64,000 bases of DNA from a bacterium (lineage in GTDB: Bacteria > SAR324 > XYD2-FULL-50-16), in assembly GCA_018830885.1 (NCBI GenBank), contig JAHJRI010000073.1:180-64179 (forward strand), written 5' to 3'. Below are positions 20,152-29,600 of this stretch, one piece after another (the stretch's first letter is position 1; the number at the start of each line of letters is the position of its first letter). The notes below the pieces were generated by a model. The model searched no databases. It was given only the letters and a program-made list of their open reading frames with translations, and was not told the DNA's origin. The position numbers and the translations under genes were made by a program.

Positions 20152-21184
20152 TGTTCTTCCTTTCTATGTTTATCAGGCTGTGCCTGAAACCTGAATGCAA
20201 GGGCGTTGCTAAAAGAGAATGTGTTGATGTCCCGGTTGACCTTCAGATGACTGCGGAAATTCCGGTTGTTGGCAGAGGATAATCGGTGGATAATTCCGTT
20301 ATTTCGTTGGGATTCGTTTTGCTGAAACCAATTGGTGTTCGTTATTTTGTTTTCCTGCTTTTATACCTGCAGGCAGGGCTTCCCGTAAAGAGGAAATTGA
20401 CGGGGAGGGGGTTGCCGGTTTAAATAACAATGATTTAAACGGAAATTTCGGCTGCTTGATTTTCCTCCCCGCAGGACGATCCAGGGACATGGAACAAATG
20501 GTGGCAGCGGAAACTCGTTTTTCCCGGAATGGATCCTTCTCAAACCATCATGCCCCGCGTTGCGGCATAACGAAGCATGAGGATGATATCACAGTGTTGA
20601 CTCGCGACTGATATGAACCCCTTTCAGTTGGGAGACTTATTTCAAGATGATCTAGGACTTGCTTTGCTCTTCGAAGCTGCAAGTTTCGCTTCTCACCCCA
20701 AAACTCGCTTTACTCAAACAGTTGGGGTCGCGGACGCTTCGCTTCGTCAAGATCATCTAAGAAACTGCTCCAAGCAATTGAAACAGCTCTATGACAGTCA
20801 CTCAGCTCAGCTTGTTTTCCTCCGTGATCTTCGTGTTTCTGTGGTGAGTGTTTTTTATACAAAAAAGTGTCCTGGTTTCTGATCGTTTTCCAGGGAATCC
20901 GGTTGAAAACCGGCTGCTGAACCTATTCAGCTATCGACAAATAACGATGGAGGGTGTTAACTTCTAACCGGAAACGGTTGAAACCGTTTTTGAATTATTG
21001 TGAAGGCACACAACTGGTAGAAAGGAGGTGCAATGATATCTCCCAATGGGAAGTGCTGCTGAAGGGCCATTTATTATGACCTGCCATGCCCGGACGAAAG
21101 TAACAGAGGATAACAAAACAACCGACAGAGCCCCGTCGGATGGCGATTGTGCTGTATTCAGAACGCTTATAGGGCAGTCACACG

Positions 21185-21350
21185 CAATGCCGTTAACTTG
21201 AGGGCACCTTGATTAACTGGAACTCAGCAAGCATCATCGGGTTGGTGTTTCAAGAACCTTGGAAGCCAGGGATGGATTCCCGGAGCTCCAGGTAAGAATT
21301 GATGCATTTCTTGAAAATCGTCGCTGCTGGTGCGGAACCATTCGTTTAAG
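21185..21350 (-). repeat. Family-A' repeat (A-type end + shared core, different distal flank)
   Basis: It starts CAATGCCGTTAACTTGAGGGCACCTTGATTAACTGG, has the core AAGAACCTTGGAAGCCAGGGATGGATTCCCGGAGCTCCAGG, and ends TGGTGCGGAACCATTCGTTTAAG. It matches 31732-31875 along its length. Confidence 0.8.
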
Positions 21351-21386
21351 TGACCAACATTGCAGTAACACTGCGGAGGTAAAAAT

Positions 21387-21650
21387 ATGGATGACCTTTT
21401 ATACCGGCAAGCCAGACGGCTTGTTTGTGAAACGCTGGAAGTCAGTGAGGAGGTGTTGCAGGATTCAACCCTGTTCGTTGATGATCTGGGAATCGATTCC
21501 ATTCTGATTATCGAGTTGAAGACCCGGTTTGAGGAACAGTATGGGATTACGATCGATAAAGAGATATTGAAGGATCTCAACTGCCTCACCGATATCCTGG
21601 AATACCTGGATTCCAGGAACATCCAGGCGGTTGCACCGGTTAAACAATGA
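21387..21650 (+). CDS. Acyl carrier protein (stand-alone, dedicated)
   Basis: 87 aa with phosphopantetheine attachment motif DDLGIDSILIIEL. Its stop overlaps the next start (ATGA). Confidence 0.75.
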   Translation: MDDLLYRQARRLVCETLEVSEEVLQDSTLFVDDLGIDSILIIELKTRFEEQYGITIDKEILKDLNCLTDILEYLDSRNIQAVAPVKQ

Positions 21651-22567
21651 GAATTTCGAAAAGAATATCCCTGCAATCGCAGTTTCGCATCGAACAGGCC
21701 CTGTTTAAAGGACTTTACGGTTGTTGCCGGTTGATTCCAGCCAACTGGGTGCTTGCCATTGGTGTCCACATCGGAACCCTGGCCTGGAAACTCAAGGCCA
21801 GGAAAAACACGGTGTTGAAAAACCTGGCGCTGGCTTTCAGGGAGCGATTTTCCGAATCCGAAAGGGAAGCCATCGCCCTGAAATGCTACCAGCATTTTGG
21901 ACGTGAAATGATGCGGGTACTGATCCTGGATCAGGAAGCCCGCCGGCCCATGGAGAGTTGGATCGATATCGAAGGACTGGAATTGCTCAGGAATCGTGGG
22001 CAACAAGGGGGGATCCTTGTCGGAGGACATATCGGCTGTTGGGAAATTGCCAATTTTGTACTGCCGAAACTGGGGGAGCGGGTGACGGTTTTCACCGGAG
22101 CCCATGCCAATAAACGAGCGGACCGGTGGTTAAACGAGATCCGGTCCAGGGCTGGGACCATCACGGCGGGTGCCGCTGATGACAGGACCGAATTGTTCGA
22201 GACCGCTAAAAAGGAGCTGGTTGCCATTGTCGGGGACCAATCCCCACCCAAAGCCCCGGTGATGATCCATTTTTTCGGACGACCCACCGATGCTGCCCAG
22301 GGGCCGGCTCTGCTTGCCCTGCTCAACAAAGTCGATTTTTTCTATTTTTCCTGTCTGAAAACCGGGGATCGTGTGAAAGTCCGTATTCAGAAAGTGATAT
22401 TTGAGCCCGGGGAAACACGCCGGGAGAATATCAAAAGGCTGACGCAGGCCTATTTTTCCATTTTGGAAGCTGATATAAACGCCTATCCGGAGCAGTACCT
22501 CTGGATGCACAAACGATGGAAGAATTCTCCGGATGTGGATTATAGAGAGGTTGATGCGCTATTTTGA
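21647..22567 (+). CDS. LpxL/HtrB-family (lysophospholipid/lipid A) acyltransferase
   Basis: 306 aa with an N-terminal hydrophobic anchor and the catalytic H-x4-E motif GGHIGCWEIAN. Translationally coupled to the ACP gene. Confidence 0.7.
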   Translation: MRISKRISLQSQFRIEQALFKGLYGCCRLIPANWVLAIGVHIGTLAWKLKARKNTVLKNLALAFRERFSESEREAIALKCYQHFGREMMRVLILDQEARRPMESWIDIEGLELLRNRGQQGGILVGGHIGCWEIANFVLPKLGERVTVFTGAHANKRADRWLNEIRSRAGTITAGAADDRTELFETAKKELVAIVGDQSPPKAPVMIHFFGRPTDAAQGPALLALLNKVDFFYFSCLKTGDRVKVRIQKVIFEPGETRRENIKRLTQAYFSILEADINAYPEQYLWMHKRWKNSPDVDYREVDALF

Positions 22568-23866
22568 GGGTGTCGCAACGATGCCCCCATAGGGCCATCG
22601 AATGTGATCGGTCGCTGCTGGATAAACCTCAAAGGATTCAAATCCCGCCCGTTTCAGGGAGCGTTCCCACTCACCCAGGGTCAGGTAGCCGATGTGTTCC
22701 CGAAAACCGGGCTCCAGTCTGGCTTTGTGATAGCTCTGAAACGTAGATTGCAGGTACTCGAACAGAAAGAAGTGCCTGGGGTCGGTCCTGAAAGCCATGG
22801 TAAAAACCAGCAACCCGTCGGGTTTCAAAATTCTGTTGAAGAGTCTGAGGGTCTTTTCCAGATCGATCACATCATAGAGCACATGTTCGAGAATAATCAG
22901 GTCGATGGAATCACTCCGGGTGAATGGGTCGCTATTGAGACGGAGTTCATCCAGGTTTGCCGTCTTGAAGACAAATCGATCAAACATAACCCCCGGGAGT
23001 TTGTCCCGGAGAGCTTCCCGGCCGATTTTGATCAGGCTTAAACTGATATCGGTGAAGTAGTATGTCTCGATCCGATCCAGGACAGACAAAAAACCGGGAT
23101 CCGACAGGCCATCCCTCAAGATTGATCCGATCCCGGCTCCCCCTTCAAAGACAGTGATGGCTGGATGGTCTGCGGCTTTCTGGCGCAACACCCTCAGAAC
23201 CAGCTGGTGGCAGGGTTGCTTGACGCTGGCGTTCAGCATCAGGTCTTCCCAGAGTGCCATGGCCTGCCTGAAGTTTTCATTGGCCAGGGTCAGCAGGGCA
23301 TCTTCCCCTTTGAACAGGACCTGATCCGCCACATCCCGGATGTTTTTCAGAATACCAAAAAAATTCCGTTTGTCCGGGTTCTGATCGAGGAAGCGATTCA
23401 GTTTCCGATCCCCCGGATCTTCGTCCGCGATGGGTTGTGCCAGGAATAATGTACCGTTATCTGTCACCACCAGGTTTCCCCTGTCCAGAAAATAGGCGAT
23501 GATTTTTCTGGTAAAATGGCAGGCAGTCGGAGATGGATGAGCATCCGGATCAATGATTTCAGCGTAGGTTTTGCTATTCATGAAACTGGTTTTGATAAAA
23601 TGCCGGCTGAATATCTGGTTGACAAAAATGGAAACCCATTGACGATAGGTGTCAATTTCATGGGTAAATGCGTCATTGTATATATCACTGAGATCGATTC
23701 CAGTCACATCTCCAGCCATGGGGCCAACCTGATTTACCTGCTGCGTTTTTAAAAATAGGGCGACCAAACACCGTTTTCCGGTGGTAAAATATTGATTTCG
23801 CGAACAGTGTACTAAAATCGAATTGTAAAAACCACCCTTTTCCTCAGTGGGGGCACCAAAAAACAT
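22559..23866 (-). CDS. Class I SAM-dependent methyltransferase with N-terminal extra domain
   Basis: Motif I VFEGGAGIGS and post-I DISL are present. The annotated ATG (23866) lies inside the terminal repeat of MITE B1, so the true start may be the internal ATG at 23719 (MAGDV). Confidence 0.6.
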   Translation of the reverse strand: MFFGAPTEEKGGFYNSILVHCSRNQYFTTGKRCLVALFLKTQQVNQVGPMAGDVTGIDLSDIYNDAFTHEIDTYRQWVSIFVNQIFSRHFIKTSFMNSKTYAEIIDPDAHPSPTACHFTRKIIAYFLDRGNLVVTDNGTLFLAQPIADEDPGDRKLNRFLDQNPDKRNFFGILKNIRDVADQVLFKGEDALLTLANENFRQAMALWEDLMLNASVKQPCHQLVLRVLRQKAADHPAITVFEGGAGIGSILRDGLSDPGFLSVLDRIETYYFTDISLSLIKIGREALRDKLPGVMFDRFVFKTANLDELRLNSDPFTRSDSIDLIILEHVLYDVIDLEKTLRLFNRILKPDGLLVFTMAFRTDPRHFFLFEYLQSTFQSYHKARLEPGFREHIGYLTLGEWERSLKRAGFESFEVYPAATDHIRWPYGGIVATPSK

Positions 23867-24023
23867 GTGGGGGTTGTGATCATAACCGCTTCAAGAGGTT
23901 ATTTATTCAGAAAAACGCATAAATCCATCCTTGGAGCTCCTGGAATCCGCCCCTGGCTTCCAAGGTTTTCTGAACAAACAACCTCTTTCCGCTTACAGGT
24001 ACCTACACATATTTGGTGTACCC
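23850..24023 (+). mobile_element. MITE-like element B1 (174 bp) with 8-bp target-site duplication
   Basis: Imperfect TIRs: GGGGCACCAAAAAACATGTG and (rc) GGGTACACCAAATATGTG. Direct CCTCAGTG at 23842-23849 and 24024-24031. It has the shared GGAGCTCC core and is nearly identical, in inverted orientation, to 38307-38479. Confidence 0.85.
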
Positions 24024-24350
24024 CCTCAGTGTCAACAAACCGCCTGTATCCGGCAGAAACCTCGGCACCTGCCAGACGCGTATGAGAATGGTTCCGAAAC
24101 GGTTTCATACCAGCCGCTGTTCTGCCGGCAATACGCCTGCAGTCCGTTGATTCCTGTCCGGCGTGACAGGGGGATGGGACGCAGTATCCGGCACCGGCCT
24201 GGAAACCTGGTTGACATCCGGCAGGGTCCCTGTTTTCCCTGCAGAACCTGTGTCATATCCAGCACAACCCGGGATGGGAGATGGTGGGGATGGCATGCGG
24301 GATTAATGGGAATCCGGGGATGATTGTGATGGTGTCCGACTGGTTTTCAT

Positions 24351-25016
24351 TCACTCTGGCGCCGGGACAACTGTTCCCGGGCCTTCATTACGGGGATTGT
24401 TGATCTGCTTTGAAATGGGAAAGGCTGTCATTTTTTCAGCCTGGAAAGGCGTCAACAGTCTGGTGAGGGTTTTGTCATCCTGGAATTCAGGATCGAGCCA
24501 GGCTTCATAATCGGATGGGCTCAGGATCACCGGCATCCGGTGATGGATGGGATTGACAACCGTGTTGGCATCGGTGGTGATGATGGTGCAGGAGAAGAGG
24601 GTTTCGCTGTCTGAGCCCCACTGTTCCCAGAGTCCGGCAAATGCAAACGGGCGTGCCGACGTCATGCGGATACAGTAAGGGGTTTTTGTCGCACCCTCTT
24701 TTTTCCATTCGTAAAAACCGTCTGCCGGAATCAGACAGCGGCGGTTTCGAAACGCATTACGAAAGGAGGGTTTTTCAGCCACCGTCTCGCCCCGGGCATT
24801 GATCAGTTGATACCCGATTTTCACATCCTTTGCCCAGGGCGGGATCAGGCCCCAGCGAAACCAGCCGGCCTTCCCGGGCATGGTGTTGGGGAAGGTCAGG
24901 ATATCCTGTGAAGGGGCAATATTGTACCGGGGGGTGTATCCGGATCCAAAATCGATCCAGGGAAACGCTGCCTGCAGTTCGGAAAGTTCCATGGTTAAAG
25001 CAAAACGGCCGCACAT
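24351..25016 (-). CDS. SOS response-associated peptidase (SRAP/YedK family)
   Basis: 221 aa with the N-terminal MCGRF (Cys2 nucleophile) and typical YNIAPSQ, WGLIPPWAK and NARGETV segments. Confidence 0.88.
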   Translation of the reverse strand: MCGRFALTMELSELQAAFPWIDFGSGYTPRYNIAPSQDILTFPNTMPGKAGWFRWGLIPPWAKDVKIGYQLINARGETVAEKPSFRNAFRNRRCLIPADGFYEWKKEGATKTPYCIRMTSARPFAFAGLWEQWGSDSETLFSCTIITTDANTVVNPIHHRMPVILSPSDYEAWLDPEFQDDKTLTRLLTPFQAEKMTAFPISKQINNPRNEGPGTVVPAPE

Positions 25017-25047
25017 TTTGACCTCCTGGTGGTTTGCTTAATCTTAA

Positions 25048-25131
25048 GGGCACCTTGATTAGTTAAAATTATCGCGCTTACTGCACACCAAAGGGTTGAT
25101 CTTTGCTGGGTTCCCGTTACGCAAGGTACCC
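25048..25131. repeat. Core-less deletion derivative of family A
   Basis: Left arm GGGCACCTTGATTAGTTAAAATTATCGCGCTTACTGCACACCAAAGGGTTGATCTTT is joined directly to the terminal CAAGGTACCC, and the central core is missing. Confidence 0.7.
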
Positions 25132-25208
25132 TTAATCCTAATCTTAATCCTAATCTTAATCCTAACCTTAATCTTAATCCTAATCCTAATCCTAATCCCA
25201 TTAATCCT
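25131..25208. repeat. Hexanucleotide microsatellite (CYTAAT)x13
   Basis: The array reads CTTAAT CCTAAT CTTAAT CCTAAT CTTAAT CCTAAC CTTAAT CTTAAT CCTAAT CCTAAT CCTAAT CCCATT AATCCT. A further CTTAATCTTAA lies on the other side of the family-A remnant (25037-25047). Confidence 0.9.
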
Positions 25209-25356
25209 GTTTCAATGGCTGTCAAAATTCCCGAAACCCGGTCAAGCCGGTATTGCAGGTGACACAGGGTGACAGCGTTGAGATGACACAGGGTATAAAC
25301 AATCCCATTGATGTTTGCGGTTCGTTCATTGATAACCCATACAGTTGGATACTATT

Positions 25357-26004
25357 TCAAAAACCAAACCCCAGGAGCCCCTGTTTAAAGATATAAACAC
25401 CAAAGATGATCAGGATTGACCCACTGACATAGCGAATGAGTCGCTGATGTATCATCAATCCCGCTATCCGTTGCCTGAAAATCTGGGATCCATATCCGGC
25501 AATCAGTATCGGGATGGAAAATCCCAGAGAATAAAAAACCAGTAGACTGGTTCCCTGGGCGACTTTACCATCGCTTGCCACCAAAGCGAGAACGCCCGAA
25601 AGGATCGGACCGATGCAGGGAATCCAGATAACACCGAGTGTGACGCCCAGAAACAAGCCTGACCAGGGGCCGCTGGACCGGCTTTGCAGGCGGTTGAAGA
25701 TCGTAATGTGTTTGAACAGGTTGATGTTAAAAAACATCAATAACCCAAACAGCATAATGATAACACCGGCAGCTCTCTCTATGAACAGCATTTTTCCAGT
25801 GATCAGAGACCCGAAACTGGCGGAAACCACTCCCATGAGGACAAAGGAAAAAGAGAGACCCAGGACGATGAGCAAGGGCCTGTAACGGTGCTCTTCCACG
25901 GTGCCCGTCACGATAATAGGGATTACCGGTAAAACGCAGGGAGAAGCGACGCTGGTGATCCCCGCCAGCATGGTCAGGAGTATATTTGTCAGGCTGATAT
26001 CCAT
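25357..26004 (-). CDS. Cytochrome c biogenesis/thiol-disulfide transporter CcdA (DsbD-beta) family
   Basis: 215 aa, 6 TM, with conserved Cys motifs ASPCVLPVIP and WIPCIGP. Its start overlaps the upstream stop (TAATG). Confidence 0.8.
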   Translation of the reverse strand: MDISLTNILLTMLAGITSVASPCVLPVIPIIVTGTVEEHRYRPLLIVLGLSFSFVLMGVVSASFGSLITGKMLFIERAAGVIIMLFGLLMFFNINLFKHITIFNRLQSRSSGPWSGLFLGVTLGVIWIPCIGPILSGVLALVASDGKVAQGTSLLVFYSLGFSIPILIAGYGSQIFRQRIAGLMIHQRLIRYVSGSILIIFGVYIFKQGLLGFGF

Positions 26005-26468
26005 TATTGTTTTCCCAGTTGCTGAATGGCCGGTAAGAGACTCTCCCCGGGATGAATCCCGGGGGAGAAGCGGTGTACCACATTTCCGTCTGCACCCAGC
26101 AGTACCAGTGACGGCAGTTGTCTGATGCCAAACTGATAGAAATAGGCGCGATGGTCAGAAATCTGTGTACTGAGGGCTTGAATCCGAACATACTTTTCGA
26201 TTTCAGTGATATTTTCCTGCAGGATCTGGGCTTGCATTTGACACGGGCGGCCATTCGGATTCAGAAAAAAGAGCAATATGCCTTTTTTGGTCACATCGGC
26301 TTTGCCAGTTGTCGCTGATTCAGCTGCCGTTCGGATTTCCGGCATTGACGCTGTTTCAAATCCTTCCTCTGCGGAAGCGCGTGTTGCGCTGAAACCAATG
26401 ACTGTCACCAATAGCAGTATTATGAGATGGGACAACCTGTTGTGTTTAGATGATCGGTTTTTATTCAT
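26004..26468 (-). CDS. Secreted thioredoxin-fold protein (single-Cys variant)
   Basis: 154 aa with a signal peptide (LLLVTVIGFSATRASA). The TlpA-like LLFFLNPNGRPCQMQ has only one Cys where CxxC is expected. Confidence 0.5.
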   Translation of the reverse strand: MNKNRSSKHNRLSHLIILLLVTVIGFSATRASAEEGFETASMPEIRTAAESATTGKADVTKKGILLFFLNPNGRPCQMQAQILQENITEIEKYVRIQALSTQISDHRAYFYQFGIRQLPSLVLLGADGNVVHRFSPGIHPGESLLPAIQQLGKQ

Positions 26469-26697
26469 ACCTATTTATAAGGATTCTAATGTTGGCCCAC
26501 CCCGACATGTTAATATGAAAAATCGCAAACAGGGTTCCGGCTGCGAATCTTTAGACGCAGGGTAGCGGGATACGAGTCCCCCTGATTTTAAATTCTCAGA
26601 GGTCCACTATGCATGGGATCATTATTTCACGCATCAGGCGATCCGGGCAATCAGAATGTGCACAGGATCAGCTGCATCAGGACTGGAATCGCTTTGA

Positions 26698-29600
26698 TTA
26701 CAGATAATTCCGAATCCGGGTGGTTTCGCTCTGGTTGAGACGATCGTAGGTTTCCTTCTGTTCCAGGGGGATCACCGCCGCCCTTTTCAACTCAGGGGAG
26801 AAGACATGGGAGACCAGCACCGAAACGGCGCCATCCTGTCTCTGCAGTTTTCCGGTCACACAGAGAAACCGCTGCTCTTCGATCACCCGGTCATAGCGAA
26901 CATAAACGTGAGGGCGGATCACCACCTGGATGGTCCCGTATTCGTCCTCAAGGGTAATGAAGAGCATCTTTTTTGCGGTGCCGGGGGACTGCCGGACCAG
27001 CACCATGCCGAACACACAGATCGTGCGATTGGCCTGGATCTTCGAGATACCGGCAGAGGTGACGACCTGTTCGGCCGGAACCGGGTAGACCCAGGCCTGT
27101 TCCTTGATCAGGCGGCTGAAGTGTCGCCCGAGGGAGGTGCCGGTCGCCCGGTAATCGGCTTCCACCGTCTCCATCTCCGTCTCTTCCTCAAACCATACCC
27201 GCTCCTCTTTCTCTATTTCTTCCGGGGTGAGGGTAAACTGAAAATTCTCCCCTTTCAGGTAGTGCCGGTACCGGGGAGATTCGGCCAGCCAGATGGCCGA
27301 TTTTCTGTCCAGACCGAAAACCTGCAGGGCATTGGCCGCTGCCAGTGCCGTCAGATCGGTGCGGGTGAGGCTGCACCCGGCCAGAAACGTCTCCAGGTCC
27401 GGCCATCCACCCACCGCAGACCGTTTTGCCACGGAGGCCCGGGCTGCGCTCTGGCTGAGGCCGGTGACCATGTTCAGACCCAGCCGGATGCCGAACCGGG
27501 GGGCGCTGCTGTCCGACGGCACCCCTTCCAGGGTGGCGTCCCAGTCGGAACGGTTCACACAGACCGGCAGAATCGGTACGCCGCTGCGGCGGGCTGTTTT
27601 GACCAGGGTGTCCGGCTGATAGAACCCCATAGGCTGGGAATTGAGCAGGGCGGCAAAAAAGGGGGCCGGGTAGTGACATTTCAGGTAACAGGAGGCATAG
27701 GCCAGCAGGGCAAAAGAGGCGGCATGGGATTCGGGAAACCCGTAGCTGGAAAACCCCTGTATCTGCTTGATCACCTCCTGGATAAACGCCGGGCTGATAC
27801 CGTTTTCCACCATGCCCTGGGTCAGTTTGACCACCCAGCGACCGATGTTGCCCTTGGCGCTGAAGGAGCCGATATTCTTCCGGATCTCGTTGGCCTCTCC
27901 CGGTGTAAAGTTGCCGATGGCGATGGCGACCCGCATCAGCTGTTCCTGGAAGATGATGGTACCGTAGGTTCTTTTCAGGATCGGTTCCAGCCGTTTGTCG
28001 GCATACACCACCGGTTCCAGGCCGTTCCTGCGCCGCAGGTAGGGATGCTTGACACCGGCCAGGATGGGACCGGGGCGGATGATGGCCACCTGCACCACCA
28101 GGTCGTAAAAGTTCAGCGGTTTGAGTACCGGCAGACTGGCCTGCTGGGCCGTGGATTCGATCTGAAAGACACCGATGGTATCCGCCCGCTGGATCATGCG
28201 GTAGGTCTCCCGGTCTTCCGGGGGGATCGTGGCCAGGCTCAGCACCTTTCCGTAGTGGGCCTGCAGCAGTTCGAAACATTTGCGGATCGCAGTCAGCATC
28301 CCCAGTGCCAGGATATCGATCTTGAAAAACCCCAGGGCTTCCACATCCTCCTTCGACCACTGGATCACCGTGCGCCCCTCCATGGTGGCCGGTTCCCGGG
28401 GAACCAGCCAGTCGAGGTCCTTGTCTGCCAGCATGAAACCGCCGGAATGGATGCCCAGAAACCGGGGGAAGGAGAGGATTCTTTCCGAGAGGGTGATCCA
28501 CCAGTTCCAGGTATGGGCCGGAAGCGCCGGTACCCTGTCGTCTCCTTCCGTCTGCTGCCGGATCCCTGCCATGACCTCGTCGGTTGTCTGGGTGCGGGCC
28601 GTGAGCGTCCCCAGGGCTTTGGAGACCCTGTCGATCAGGACTTCGGGAACTCCCAGGGCCTTGCCGGTGAAACGGATGGCGCCCCGTGACTTGAAGGTGA
28701 TGACATTGCAGACCATGGCCGCCCGGCTGCGGCCGTAACGGTCGTATATATAGCGGATCACCTCCTCCCGTCGTCCGTTTTCGAAATCCACGTCGATATC
28801 GGGCGGATCGCCCCGCTCCACCGAGATGAAGCGCTCGAACAGCAGGTCGAACCGGTCCGGGTCGACCGCGGTGATGCCCAGCACATAGCAGATGGCGCTG
28901 TTGGCGGCACTGCCCCTTCCCTGGCAGAGAATCTTACGGGAGCGGGCCCAGGTGACGATGTCCCAGACAGTCAGAAAGTAGTCGGCGAAGGTCAGTTTTT
29001 CCACCAGATCCAGCTCGTGGTTCAGGAGCCGCTCAATCTTCTCCGGCAGGGGGGTTCCAAACCGCTGCCCCGCCATTTTCCAGACGAGATGGGCCAGGTA
29101 GCTCTGGGCCGTATACCCGTCCGGAATCATCTCCTTGGGATAGTGATAGGTCAGTTCGTTCAGGTCGAAATCGAAACTGGCGGCCAGGTCTGCCGAGTTC
29201 CGCAGGGCGGTTTCTGCTCCGGGGAGGCTGCCGTAGATCTTCTGCAGGGATACCAGGGAGTGCAGGCAGCGCCGGCTATTGACAAAGAGCTGCTCCGGAA
29301 TCTCGTCCAGGGTCCGGTTGTGGCGGATGGCGTGGAGCAGGTCGCTGATATCCTTCTGGCTCCGGTCGGCAAAAAAGACGTCCTGGCTGAACACCACCGG
29401 CGAGTTCAGACTGCGGGCCAGCGCCTGCGTCGGTTCTATCCAGCGGTCCTCCACCTGGTTGAGGTGCCTGCTGACGGCAAAATAGAGCCGGTTGTCAAAA
29501 TGGGTCTTAATCTTCCCAAACCGTTCCCGAAGCTGCTTCAGATCCTGCCCCGCCTGTCTGCGGATCAACCCCCGCATGGGTTGAATCGCGACCAGATCCG

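Noticed and set aside
21224-22105. 293-aa minus-strand ORF, plus the small ORFs starting MEARDG.PELQ (21259-21507 and 31785-32171).
   Set aside because: They run antisense through the ACP and acyltransferase genes or through repeat elements. The recurring peptide is simply the translation of the shared repeat core.
25131-25208. Possible CRISPR or other spaced array.
   Set aside because: The period is only 6 nt and there are no spacers, so this is a simple microsatellite. No CRISPR-like repeat-spacer pattern or cas gene occurs anywhere in the window.
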